From the NCBI GenBank assembly GCA_964495425.1, contig CAZBVG010000003.1:518-64517 (forward strand): 64,000 nt of DNA, written 5' to 3'. Source of the DNA: an uncultured Candidatus Saccharibacteria bacterium (GTDB taxonomy: Bacteria; Patescibacteriota; Minisyncoccia; Phycocordibacterales; UBA6065). The notes beneath the pieces are model-generated. The model worked only from the letters and a program-made list of their open reading frames with translations, ran no database searches and was not told where the DNA came from. Made by a program: the position numbers and the translations under genes. This document shows positions 8,085-17,310 of this stretch, one piece after another (the stretch's first letter is position 1; each line of letters opens with the position of its first letter).

Positions 8085-9195
8085 CTATAACAACCATACC
8101 GAGGTGCACTACCCACATACGCATGATGGTTTTTTCCTCACTCCAGCCTCGAAGTTCAAGATGGTGATGGAGAGGGGCCATTCGAAATACGCGTCGACCA
8201 AACAAATGACGGCCGATAGTCTGGATGATTGTTGAGAGTGCTTCCGCATAAAACATGAATGCAATGAAAGGAAGTATGGCCATGGCGTTGATTGCAAGAG
8301 CGTTGATTGCGAGTAGACCTCCAAGTCCCAGTGATCCCACATCACCCATTTGGAATCGTGCCGGTTTAATATTGAAATAAGTGTACGTCAGTAACGCGCC
8401 CGATGTCGTAGCATTGAGAATCGCCAGCGCATCGTAACCAGCAACCCAGGCAAGAAAGGTAAGTGCGCCGAAAGTCGGAATAAGCATTCCGCCGGTGAGT
8501 CCATCCATACCATCTGAGATATTCACCGCATTCGCTGTGAACATAACAATAAGAATAATGAGGGGAACAATCAGCATTCCTATATCGAGGTATCCTTGGA
8601 AAGGAATATAAATTTGATGCCAGTTTTCTCCAAGTTTTAAATAAATCCACCATGCGGTGATTGCACCTGCGGCGAATTGGAGAAGAAGTTTCTCGTGTAC
8701 GAGGACACCTTTTCGCTGCTTTGATCCGAAAATAGTTGTTGCTCGTTTAAAAAGCGTCCATGGCAAGGTAATAACAAGCCACAGTTTCACAAACCAATGT
8801 TTATGAACTCGTATAAGCGTAAATGTTTGCGAGAGGCTACGTTGGCGACGTTCATGACCAAAGACATTAAGTAAGTCATCAATAGCGCCTAACAATGCAG
8901 ACAAAATAAGTACGCCAATCGGTACCCAGGTAAAGCGTCGGTCCCAATTAAATATGAGAGTCATTACCACGACAGTGATAATAATAAGGAGACCGCCCAT
9001 TAAAGGAGTGTTCACCTTGTCCTGGCGCGACTCAAGTTTCATGGTTGCATCGCCGGCGCTTTTTCTGGTAATGCCAAATTTTCTCAAAAAACTAATGAGA
9101 AAAGGAGCCCATATTAGAGCAACAAGACTCGAAGTTATTGCAAAACCTGTGATGGTGACCAGGCTCTCTATCTGTGTAGGGAGGAAGTCTGTCAT
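8062..9195 (-). CDS. mraY: phospho-N-acetylmuramoyl-pentapeptide transferase
   Basis: 377 aa; NAVNISDGMDGLTGG, MGDVGSLGLG, APLHHHLELRGWSE motifs. Confidence 0.92.
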   Translation of the reverse strand: MTDFLPTQIESLVTITGFAITSSLVALIWAPFLISFLRKFGITRKSAGDATMKLESRQDKVNTPLMGGLLIIITVVVMTLIFNWDRRFTWVPIGVLILSALLGAIDDLLNVFGHERRQRSLSQTFTLIRVHKHWFVKLWLVITLPWTLFKRATTIFGSKQRKGVLVHEKLLLQFAAGAITAWWIYLKLGENWHQIYIPFQGYLDIGMLIVPLIILIVMFTANAVNISDGMDGLTGGMLIPTFGALTFLAWVAGYDALAILNATTSGALLTYTYFNIKPARFQMGDVGSLGLGGLLAINALAINAMAILPFIAFMFYAEALSTIIQTIGRHLFGRRVFRMAPLHHHLELRGWSEEKTIMRMWVVHLGMVVIGVWIGLH

Positions 9196-9232
9196 AGATG
9201 AGAGTATAGGCCAGAATGCCTCTAAAATCTAC

Positions 9233-10018
9233 TTATTTTTGAAAACGTAGACGGCGTATTGAAACCTCCTTTGCGTTCCGTGCGCTTTCAAAGGTGTAGT
9301 TGTCATTACCAATGACTCCTTGTTCTTTCCAGGTTCCACCTAACAGATTTTCTCCATGAACTAAAATATCTCCCTCGCGAACACCGTGATTAGTAAATCC
9401 ATCTGACGGCCACATATATGAATGTGCATATGAGATGCGTGTGTCATCATGCACTCTTTCGACACCTGTGATCACGAGAATGTGATTGTACGTTTTTTCT
9501 TTACCAGTACCCATAAAGGTAATGACGTCACCTGTTTGAGCTTCTGAAACTTGAATCGCAAAACTGTTGGTATCTGCTCTAAAAGAACTTACGCCAAGAT
9601 TTTCTGCTGGTCGAAGGCGGGCGAGAATTTTACCGAACAATCCAGGTCGAATCGAATGAACATATGATTGAATGCTTTTGCCGGTTTTTTCTTGGCAGAA
9701 AGAGTTGAGAACATGATAGGCGAAACCGGAGCAGTCGATTCCTAAATCAGAAGCAACCAGAAATTCTTTTAATTTGTCAGTAGAAAGATCTTTAATTGAG
9801 ATGCGCGAAAGCTTTGCAAGGATTTCAGCTTCTTCTGAAATTTCTTGTGGCGAACCTTTTCCTTTAAGTACCCGAAGACCGCTACGATTCTTGCGTCTAC
9901 GATTATTAAAGTAAGGACATGAAGGCTTTGTGCCAAGAGGCAAAGCCAAATACAGATCGATCATTTCTCGAGCCTTACCAGAAATTTTATCTGTCGGTTT
10001 TATCGGTTCTTCACGCAT
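9233..10018 (-). CDS. NlpC/P60-like cysteine peptidase (putative cell-wall hydrolase)
   Basis: 261 aa; GIDCSGFAYHV (Cys motif) and downstream NHILVITG (His); N-terminal 90 aa of unknown nature. Confidence 0.45.
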   Translation of the reverse strand: MREEPIKPTDKISGKAREMIDLYLALPLGTKPSCPYFNNRRRKNRSGLRVLKGKGSPQEISEEAEILAKLSRISIKDLSTDKLKEFLVASDLGIDCSGFAYHVLNSFCQEKTGKSIQSYVHSIRPGLFGKILARLRPAENLGVSSFRADTNSFAIQVSEAQTGDVITFMGTGKEKTYNHILVITGVERVHDDTRISYAHSYMWPSDGFTNHGVREGDILVHGENLLGGTWKEQGVIGNDNYTFESARNAKEVSIRRLRFQK

Positions 10019-11238
10019 GATGCGATAAATAATCCAAGGCTATTAAGTAAATTGTGTCCCTCCATTACACCAGACGTCGATTGTATCCTAAAAAGCTCCT
10101 TATTGTGAATATCGTTTGTATATTCCATTACATTGAGACCTTTTCTTCGCATTGAATCAATATCGACATCATATTTTTCAGATGTGATTCGCTTTACGAT
10201 TTGGCTCCCTTTTTCGATAGTACCTATTTCGGTGCGAAGGGGTGATTTTGTGAGGGCGGCTAGGTGAGCTTCAAATACAGAAAGTTTTTTCGGTTCGGCC
10301 TTTTTCTGAAGCGTAGATTCGTATACCGATGATGCAGGCTGACGAGCATTGAGTTCAAGGAGGTATGTCTTTTTCTTTTTTTCATCATAGACAACATCAA
10401 TGCCAAATAGTCCTCGCCATCCGTCGTCTTGAAGTCTTTGGCCGAGACGGGCTGCCATTTTATTAATATCCTCGTACGCGTTTTTGTAGTGAGGAGCCTG
10501 TGGAAGTTCCCAGTCATTACCAATTGTTGAGAAAGGTAGATCAGTGAAAGGGGAAAGACCGGTAATTTGATAACTTGGGTTTCCTATATAAATTTCATCT
10601 GCAACGATTGCGTTCACGGTAAAGACGGGGCCAGAGATAAAATCGACAACGCGGCATTCGCGCTCAGGAAATTGTTTTTGAAGTGCTGCTAGCTGTGCTT
10701 CCGATTCAATAATATAAGTACCTTCACCGGTATGTGAGTGATTGAATTGAAGAACAAATTGTTTGCCTTGAAATTGTACGTTTTTTAAAATTGTTACTGT
10801 ATGGGGTGGAAGTAGGTTTGCATCATCTTTAAGCCATTCAATCTGAGACACTTTTTCTTCAACATGTTTTGAGAGTTCAGCGCGAGGATTTAAAAGATTC
10901 CACCCTTTTTCTTGGGCAAGTCGTTCGATGCGGGCAGTATTTTGAAAGACCACAACATCTGCTGCGTGTTGTGAAATCATCTCTTGTACTTCAGGAACAA
11001 GCAGGAGATCATAAGTATCCTTTAGGTTCGTAGTATCTATGAGTAGTACATTGTTTGGATACTTGTTTTTGACCATTTCTCCAAATGGAGTCTTGTTTGA
11101 AACAACAAAATAATTACCAGTCGGTTCCACGCCTAAAGCTCGCTCAATGTCGCGTGTGACGTAGACAAGGGGTTTTTTAAGGTCTATATTCACTCTGTAA
11201 GTATACTTCAAGATACTCGCGATAATACCCATGGCCAC
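10000..11238 (-). CDS. ATP-grasp family ligase (specificity unknown)
   Basis: 412 aa; HTGEGTYII and FGIDVVYDE...YLLELNARQ ATP-grasp motifs; ORF-track start is GTG at 11238 and overlaps the divergent rsmI start, so true start is uncertain. Confidence 0.6.
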   Translation of the reverse strand: MAMGIIASILKYTYRVNIDLKKPLVYVTRDIERALGVEPTGNYFVVSNKTPFGEMVKNKYPNNVLLIDTTNLKDTYDLLLVPEVQEMISQHAADVVVFQNTARIERLAQEKGWNLLNPRAELSKHVEEKVSQIEWLKDDANLLPPHTVTILKNVQFQGKQFVLQFNHSHTGEGTYIIESEAQLAALQKQFPERECRVVDFISGPVFTVNAIVADEIYIGNPSYQITGLSPFTDLPFSTIGNDWELPQAPHYKNAYEDINKMAARLGQRLQDDGWRGLFGIDVVYDEKKKKTYLLELNARQPASSVYESTLQKKAEPKKLSVFEAHLAALTKSPLRTEIGTIEKGSQIVKRITSEKYDVDIDSMRRKGLNVMEYTNDIHNKELFRIQSTSGVMEGHNLLNSLGLFIASCVKNR

Positions 11239-11896
11239 ACTTTATATAACAGCTACACCAATTGGCAACCTCGAAGACATTACGCTTCGTGCACTTCGCG
11301 TACTTAAAGAAGTGTCGGTTGTGTTCTGTGAAGATACTCGAACTTCGAGAGTTTTGTTTTCTAAATATGACATTAAGACGCCAACCGAAAGTTTTCATGC
11401 ACAAAGCCCTCTTTCGAAGATCGATCATATTATTGAGTTACTGCAGGATGGAAAAGATTTAGCGCTCGTGACTGATGCAGGTACTCCAGGCATCTCTGAT
11501 CCAGGTATGGTGTTGGTATCCGAAGTTCGTGCTCGCATGCCCGAAGCGCACATTGTAGCGATTCCAGGCCCCTCGGCACTTACCGCAGCAATTTCAATTG
11601 CCGGCCAGCCACTTCATGAATTTGTATTCTTGGGTTTTTTGCCCCACAAGAAAGGACGACAGACAATATTTGAAGAAATGAAAACGGATGAGCGTCCTTA
11701 TATATTCTATGAATCTCCTCATCGTATAGAAAAAACACTTGAATCATTAAAGGAGGTGGGAAAGAAGGTTACGATCTTGCGAGAACTCACAAAAATGCAT
11801 GAATCGTATCTTTCGGGTACTGCGGAAGAAATTTTGCTTTCATTCAAAAATAATCCCGGGACCCTTCGTGGAGAATTCGTGGTGATCATAAATTAA
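11231..11896 (+). CDS. rsmI: 16S rRNA (cytidine1402-2'-O)-methyltransferase
   Basis: 221 aa; LYITATPIGNLEDITLRALRVLKEVSVVFCEDTR. Confidence 0.9.
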   Translation: MATLYITATPIGNLEDITLRALRVLKEVSVVFCEDTRTSRVLFSKYDIKTPTESFHAQSPLSKIDHIIELLQDGKDLALVTDAGTPGISDPGMVLVSEVRARMPEAHIVAIPGPSALTAAISIAGQPLHEFVFLGFLPHKKGRQTIFEEMKTDERPYIFYESPHRIEKTLESLKEVGKKVTILRELTKMHESYLSGTAEEILLSFKNNPGTLRGEFVVIIN

Positions 11897-11932
11897 AAAA
11901 GGTATATACTAGCGATATATCTTTTTTAATTC

Positions 11933-12124
11933 ATGAAATACAGAAATATTATTATTGCCCTCGGTTTTTTTATAATCGTAATTAAAATTCTCGGCGTGCC
12001 GCAAGGTTTTCGAGATATTTTATATATTCTTTCCGGTGCCGCAGTAGTTATCTTTGGTTATTTTTCAGCAAAGCCGATTTCAACAAAGCCTGATCCAAAA
12101 ATCACGATTAATACTCAATCTTAA
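11933..12124 (+). CDS. hypothetical small membrane protein (2 TM)
   Basis: 63 aa, hydrophobic. Confidence 0.35.
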   Translation: MKYRNIIIALGFFIIVIKILGVPQGFRDILYILSGAAVVIFGYFSAKPISTKPDPKITINTQS

Positions 12125-12130
12125 ATTTCT

Positions 12131-13378
12131 GTGCCAGCGATATCGAAAAAGGAAGTTCATGTATACAGAACCGTGGTTGGACTCGGCCTTCTTTTTCTTC
12201 TCGCAATTATTTGTCTTTATATTGGCATTCCTGGTTTAACAGAGTCACAGTATGTAGGACAAGTTGTGTCATACGCGACAACGAGTCCAGATATTTTAGA
12301 TACCGGTAGAAAAGCGACACATATTAAAACACCTGATGTTGTGCGCGGTATATATATGACTTCCTGCGTTGCATCGGTAAAGAGTCTTCGTGATAACTTG
12401 GTAAAACTTATCGATGAAACTGAGCTCAATGCCGTTGTAATTGATATTAAATCGTATGATGGTCACATTTCCTTTGAAGGAAAAGATGAACGTGTAAAAG
12501 CAGCTGAAGGTGGTTGTTTTGTGCCGTATCTGCAAGATTTTATTGATGAATTGCACGCACGTGACATTTATGTAATAGGAAGGTTGGCGTCGTTTCAAGA
12601 TGCGCTACAGGTGAAACTTTATCCGGAGCTTGCGGTAAAGAAGGCGAGCGCCACATCAACTGTGTGGGGTGATTACAAAGGCATTCCATGGATCGATGCT
12701 TCTGCACGTCCTCAGTGGGAATATTTGGTTCTTGTAGCAAAGGAAGCCTACAATATCGGTTTTGATGAAATAAATTTCGACTACATACGATTTCCATCTG
12801 ATGGAAACATGAAGGATATTTACTTCCCATGGAGTGGAACTGAAAAGAAGAGTGATGTAATGCGATCATTCTATCAATATGTTCATGATGAGTTATCGAC
12901 AAAGGGGATTCCGATTTCTGCGGATATTTTCGGCATGACCACGACAAATTACGACGATCTTAATATTGGTCAATTGTTGGAAAACGCGCTTCCGAATTTC
13001 GATTTCATTTCTCCGATGGTGTATCCATCTCATTATCCGAATAGCTTCCTTGGACTCGGTGATCCTAACAAGCATGTATACAAGGTGGTGAATTATTCTA
13101 TGACCGAAGCAGTGAAGCGTACTGTTGCCACAACAACAAGAATTGAAATTCCAGGTGCGCGAATTGGAACTTCTACGCCGGCGATATATGCAAAACCTGC
13201 GTTTGATAAGAAAAAATTGAGACCTTGGTTACAGGATAATAACTATCCGGTGCCTTATACGGCGGAAATGGTTCGAGATCAAATTAAAGCCGCATATGAT
13301 GCTGGACTTGATTCATGGTTGCTCTGGAATGCGGGGAATAGGTATACCCGTGCCGCACTCGAACCATTTATTGACTAG
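12131..13378 (+). CDS. putative glycoside-hydrolase-like TIM-barrel protein (DUF4015/GHL-type), N-terminal membrane anchor
   Basis: 415 aa; TM anchor then RGIYMTS, NAVVIDIKSYDGH, FDEINFDYIRFP motifs. Confidence 0.45.
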   Translation: MPAISKKEVHVYRTVVGLGLLFLLAIICLYIGIPGLTESQYVGQVVSYATTSPDILDTGRKATHIKTPDVVRGIYMTSCVASVKSLRDNLVKLIDETELNAVVIDIKSYDGHISFEGKDERVKAAEGGCFVPYLQDFIDELHARDIYVIGRLASFQDALQVKLYPELAVKKASATSTVWGDYKGIPWIDASARPQWEYLVLVAKEAYNIGFDEINFDYIRFPSDGNMKDIYFPWSGTEKKSDVMRSFYQYVHDELSTKGIPISADIFGMTTTNYDDLNIGQLLENALPNFDFISPMVYPSHYPNSFLGLGDPNKHVYKVVNYSMTEAVKRTVATTTRIEIPGARIGTSTPAIYAKPAFDKKKLRPWLQDNNYPVPYTAEMVRDQIKAAYDAGLDSWLLWNAGNRYTRAALEPFID

Positions 13379-13491
13379 CTATTGCAAGTTTAGGTTTTAT
13401 ATGATATAGTTTTATTGCACGATCGAACCATTGATTGCGCAAGTTCTTTGTAGGCAAACCTCAAATCCAGAAAATCTAAAAAATCCAGAAA

Positions 13492-13689
13492 ATGAAAAAG
13501 GTGTTGGCAGTTTTCGATCCGGTCAGCGTAGTTGCACAACCACGGCGTCCGCAGGCGGTTCGTGTGAGTTCGTCGTATCCTCTCTGCAAGCGGTGCAGGA
13601 CCATCGCCACGCCTCGCACCTCTGGGATCTGTATGAGTTGTGAGTCGAAAAATCCCACGGAAGGCGTGACAACTGTCACCGCCAAGTAA
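13492..13689 (+). CDS. candidate small CxxC-x15-CxxC zinc-ribbon protein in GC-rich locus (could instead be non-coding)
   Basis: 65 aa MKKVLAVFDPVSVVAQPRRPQAVRVSSSYPLCKRCRTIATPRTSGICMSCESKNPTEGVTTVTAK; ATG right after the AATCCAGAAA motif; stop 11 nt before a strong terminator. Confidence 0.25.
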   Translation: MKKVLAVFDPVSVVAQPRRPQAVRVSSSYPLCKRCRTIATPRTSGICMSCESKNPTEGVTTVTAK

Positions 13690-13699
13690 AAGTTAGTTA

Positions 13700-13728
13700 G
13701 CCGCGCACATCCAGAGCGCGGCTTTTTT
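13700..13728 (+). terminator. strong intrinsic terminator
   Basis: GCCGCGC-9nt loop-GCGCGGC then TTTTTT. Confidence 0.7.
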
Positions 13729-14125
13729 CATCCACAGAACTCACAGTTGCGTAAGCTTTACAATTTGTCAAAGAAAGAGTAGGATTTCTGGGTCGCGATA
13801 ATCCAGTTGCGACCTTTCCCAGGGCCCTGGGAAAGCGCCTAGAAAATCGAAAATCCAGAGTCCATGCAAGGTAGTACCTTCAATGGTGAGAATGGCGGAG
13901 CGGGAAGTCCTGCTTCTGGTCGGGTTCAACACAAGCCGTACGGTCTGGCTGACATCATTGGGGCGAGACCCCCAACGAGTGCTCAGCGCGATCGCGATCG
14001 CTGGCTTGCTTCCACCCCCTCGTTGAATCGGAGCGGTTCCAGCAATTTCCTGAACGGAAATGTTGGGGTCATCCACTCTCGGGGAACCGATAGCTGATCT
14101 CATCAAGAGCGGAATAGATCCGCTA

Positions 14126-14159
14126 ACCCGTCGAATTTAATTCGACGGGTTCTTTTTTT
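14126..14159 (+). terminator. strong intrinsic terminator (perfect 13-bp palindrome)
   Basis: AACCCGTCGAATT-T-AATTCGACGGGTT then TCTTTTTTT. Confidence 0.75.
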
Positions 14160-14189
14160 ATATACAAAAAAATGGCATAATGTTGACAA

Positions 14190-16055
14190 ATGACCAGTGA
14201 TGATAAAGTCACATATTTTGCAGAGACAGATTCCAGAAATAAACGCATAAAGTTTGGTATCAAGGCCAAGGACCGAACTCGGCATATGTATGTCATCGGT
14301 AAGACTGGCATGGGTAAATCCACTCTTCTTGAAAACATGGCCGTTCAAGATATTCAGTCGGGTGAGGGTCTCTGTTTTATTGATCCGCACGGTAAGACTG
14401 CTGAATTACTTCTCAATTACGTTCCTGAACATCGTATAAAAGATGTTTTGTATTTTGCTCCATTCGATACTGAACACCCGGTTTCATTTAATGTGATGGA
14501 GGATGTGGGCTACGACAAACGACATCTTGTTGTGTCGGGTCTCATGTCTACATTTAAGAAGATTTGGGTAGACGCGTGGTCTGCTCGAATGGAATACATC
14601 CTTGGTAATACATTGTTAGCGCTTCTTGAATATCCCGGCGCAACGCTTTTGGGTGTAAACAAGATGCTTTCTGATAAAGTGTTTCGAAAAAAAGTTGTCG
14701 ATAATATTTCTGATCCAGCGGTAAAGTCATTTTGGGTAGATGAATTTGCAAAATACACTGAAAAATTTGCTGCGGAAGCAACACCTGCAATTCAAAATAA
14801 AATTGGTCAGTTTACGAATAATCCTCTCATTCGAAATATCATAGGTCAGCCGAAATCATCATTTGATATTCGAAAGATGATGGATGAGCGAAAGATCATT
14901 ATTGTAAACCTCTCAAAGGGACGAGTGGGTGAGTCGAACGCAAACCTTCTTGGTGCAATGTTTATCACCAAGATTTATCTCGCGGCAATGTCTCGTGCCG
15001 ATGTTTCAGAAAAGACACTTAAGACATTGCCAAACTTTTATCTCTTTGTGGATGAATTCCAGTCTTTTGCGAACGAATCATTTGCTGATATTTTGTCAGA
15101 GGCTCGAAAGTATAAATTGAATCTCACGATTGCACACCAATATATAGAACAAATGACTGATGAAGTGAGGGCGGCGGTGTTCGGTAACGTGGGAACAATG
15201 ATTGTGTTTCGTGTTGGTGCATATGATGCAGAGGTCCTAGAAAAGGAATTTGCACCACAATTTGAAGCAGAAGATATTGTAAATCTTGGACAGTATCAGT
15301 TGTACTTGCGACTTATGATAGACGGTGTCGGCTCTCAGCCATTTTCAGGTCGAAATCTGCCACCAATTGCTGAGCCTGCGGTTTCATATAAGGATCAGGC
15401 GGTTGAAAGTTCTCGTGCACAGTTTGGCCAACCACGATCGCTAGTTGAGGAGCAGGTAAGGAAACAAACTATGAGTGAAGAGCTAAATGCTCCCGCAAAG
15501 CCAAAGGAGGGAACTCCAAATGCCTCTGCTCCAAAATCCGCTCAGCAGCCACATCATCAAAATCATCCTCCACAGTCGCCTGCCCAGGCACCACGACCTG
15601 TCACAGATGTGCCACGTAAAGATCAGAATCCTCATCATGTTCAAAATCATGATCGAAAGCCTGTTCATGAACATAAAGAACGGCCTACTCCTCCTTCTGA
15701 CGAGGCTGATGGATTTCAAGGACTCGAAGCGCTCAAGAATCTTCATACAGCGCGACCTCCAAAGAATGATGTATCAGTTCGTACCGGTAATACACCAAAG
15801 CCAGAGAAAAAGGGAGTGACCCCTGAAAGTCGAGAAGATCTTAAAAAGGCCCTCGCCGCACTTATTGGAAATTCGCCAGAGAAAACAAAGACAGCGGTTG
15901 AATCAAAGCCAGAACCAAAAAAGGAAGAAACTTCTCCGGCCAAAGACTCTAAAGCGGAATCCCAGAGTGAACAAAAAAAGCAGCAAACTGAAGAACCAAA
16001 GTCAGAACGACGCGAAGTTCCCGAAGAAGTTTTGAAGCGAATTTTGGAAGTGTAG
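14190..16055 (+). CDS. TraD/TraG/VirD4-family (T4SS coupling-protein-like, AAA-like) ATPase with about 200-aa disordered P/Q/K/E-rich C-terminal tail
   Basis: 621 aa; Walker A YVIGKTGMGKST, FIDPHG, Walker-B-like LFVDEFQSF; no N-terminal TM; tail from about 15480 is low complexity. Confidence 0.6.
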   Translation: MTSDDKVTYFAETDSRNKRIKFGIKAKDRTRHMYVIGKTGMGKSTLLENMAVQDIQSGEGLCFIDPHGKTAELLLNYVPEHRIKDVLYFAPFDTEHPVSFNVMEDVGYDKRHLVVSGLMSTFKKIWVDAWSARMEYILGNTLLALLEYPGATLLGVNKMLSDKVFRKKVVDNISDPAVKSFWVDEFAKYTEKFAAEATPAIQNKIGQFTNNPLIRNIIGQPKSSFDIRKMMDERKIIIVNLSKGRVGESNANLLGAMFITKIYLAAMSRADVSEKTLKTLPNFYLFVDEFQSFANESFADILSEARKYKLNLTIAHQYIEQMTDEVRAAVFGNVGTMIVFRVGAYDAEVLEKEFAPQFEAEDIVNLGQYQLYLRLMIDGVGSQPFSGRNLPPIAEPAVSYKDQAVESSRAQFGQPRSLVEEQVRKQTMSEELNAPAKPKEGTPNASAPKSAQQPHHQNHPPQSPAQAPRPVTDVPRKDQNPHHVQNHDRKPVHEHKERPTPPSDEADGFQGLEALKNLHTARPPKNDVSVRTGNTPKPEKKGVTPESREDLKKALAALIGNSPEKTKTAVESKPEPKKEETSPAKDSKAESQSEQKKQQTEEPKSERREVPEEVLKRILEV

Positions 16056-16116
16056 CTCTATTGCCTTGAGTAACTTTTCTGGCATAGTGAGGATTATACA
16101 AACTATATAGACTGCC

Positions 16117-17310
16117 ATGGCTGCAAAACGAGTACTCATATTCTCATTCGTATACTATCCGCGATTCATAGGCGGGGCAGAGGTTGCTATTAAGGAAATC
16201 ACTGACAGGATTGATAAAGATGATTTCGAATTTCATTTGATTGCACTGCGGCTTGATAAGAGTCTCGCTAAAGAAGAAAAAATCGGTAATGTGATCGTTC
16301 ATCGTGTAGGTTGGACTGGCACGAGTAAGGATTCAGCGGATTCTCTTCCGTTATTTCTCCATCTTACTAAATTTGTCTATCCGCTTCTTGCAGCATGTAA
16401 GGCTTCTCAGTTACATCGAGAAAAAACCTTCAATGGTATATGGGCAATGATGGCAAATTACTCTGGCTTTGGCGCCCTTATTTTTAAATTATTTCACATG
16501 GATGTGCCTTTTATACTTTCTCTTCAAGAAGGTGATCCTATCGATTACATTAAAAGAAAAGTCCGCTTTGTGTATCCGCTGTTTAGGATGATATTTACCA
16601 GTGCACAAAAAATTCAAACGATTTCAAACTATCTCGCAGATTTTGCGAAAGACATGGGGGCAACTGCTCCTATTGAGGTTATTCCTAATGGCGTTGATAC
16701 TGCGCATTTTGCGAACGAATATTCTGAGAATGAACTTTCTTCCCTTAAAAAAGATCTTAATAAAGCTTCAGATGATGTGTTTCTCATTACCACATCACGA
16801 CTTGTTGTAAAAAACGCGGTTGGAGATGTAATTGAAGCCTTGGAATTTTTGCCAAAGCAAGTAAAGTTTTTGGTGCTTGGTGTTGGGTATCAGCTTGAAG
16901 ATCTCAGGAAGCTTGCGGCAGAAAAGGGTGTATCAGATCGAGTGCACTTTCTTGGGTATGTTTCCCACAAAGATATGCCAAAGTATCTCAAGGTTTCTGA
17001 CATATTCATTCGCCCGTCACTTTCTGAGGGATTTGGAAATTCGTTTATTGAAGCGATGGCGGCTGGAATTCCTGTGATTGCCACCCCAGTAGGAGGTATC
17101 GTTGATTTTTTAAAGCACAAAGAAACAGGATTATTGTGCGAAGTGCGCTCTCCGGAAGATATTGCTCGAAAGGTTGAGATGTATATGTATGATAAAAATC
17201 TTCGTTCAGAGATTGTTGATAATGCACTCACCATGGTCAAAGAGAAATACGATTGGAGTCTTGTGGCAAGAGGTATGGAAGAAAAGGTCTTTGCTATAAT
17301 GAATGCATGA
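16117..17310 (+). CDS. glycosyltransferase family 4 (GT-B)
   Basis: 397 aa; EGFGNSFIEAMAAGIPVIATPVGG. Confidence 0.85.
   Translation: MAAKRVLIFSFVYYPRFIGGAEVAIKEITDRIDKDDFEFHLIALRLDKSLAKEEKIGNVIVHRVGWTGTSKDSADSLPLFLHLTKFVYPLLAACKASQLHREKTFNGIWAMMANYSGFGALIFKLFHMDVPFILSLQEGDPIDYIKRKVRFVYPLFRMIFTSAQKIQTISNYLADFAKDMGATAPIEVIPNGVDTAHFANEYSENELSSLKKDLNKASDDVFLITTSRLVVKNAVGDVIEALEFLPKQVKFLVLGVGYQLEDLRKLAAEKGVSDRVHFLGYVSHKDMPKYLKVSDIFIRPSLSEGFGNSFIEAMAAGIPVIATPVGGIVDFLKHKETGLLCEVRSPEDIARKVEMYMYDKNLRSEIVDNALTMVKEKYDWSLVARGMEEKVFAIMNA

Noticed and set aside
8281-8320. Short direct repeats checked as possible CRISPR or minisatellite
   Set aside because: Only two in-frame copies inside mraY coding sequence. 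No repeat-spacer array or cas genes anywhere in the window.
13864-14097. 77-aa plus-strand ORF and the overlapping 112-aa minus-strand ORF (13768-14106)
   Set aside because: Translations are low-complexity (G/S/R/P-rich) as expected from GC-rich non-coding sequence. They overlap each other and lie between hairpins.
13730-14160. Considered RNase P RNA or tmRNA for the GC-rich segment (GGAAGTCC resembles the P4 strand; ATTCGACGGG resembles the tmRNA 5' region; GGGTTCAAC resembles a T-loop)
   Set aside because: The P4 motifs are in the wrong order for either strand, and a convincing RNase P RNA is present at 59541-59866. There is no tag reading frame ending in Ala-Ala-stop, no CCA-adjacent acceptor pairing, and the ATTCGACGGG lies inside a perfect terminator palindrome. 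Left as unassigned RNA-like locus.
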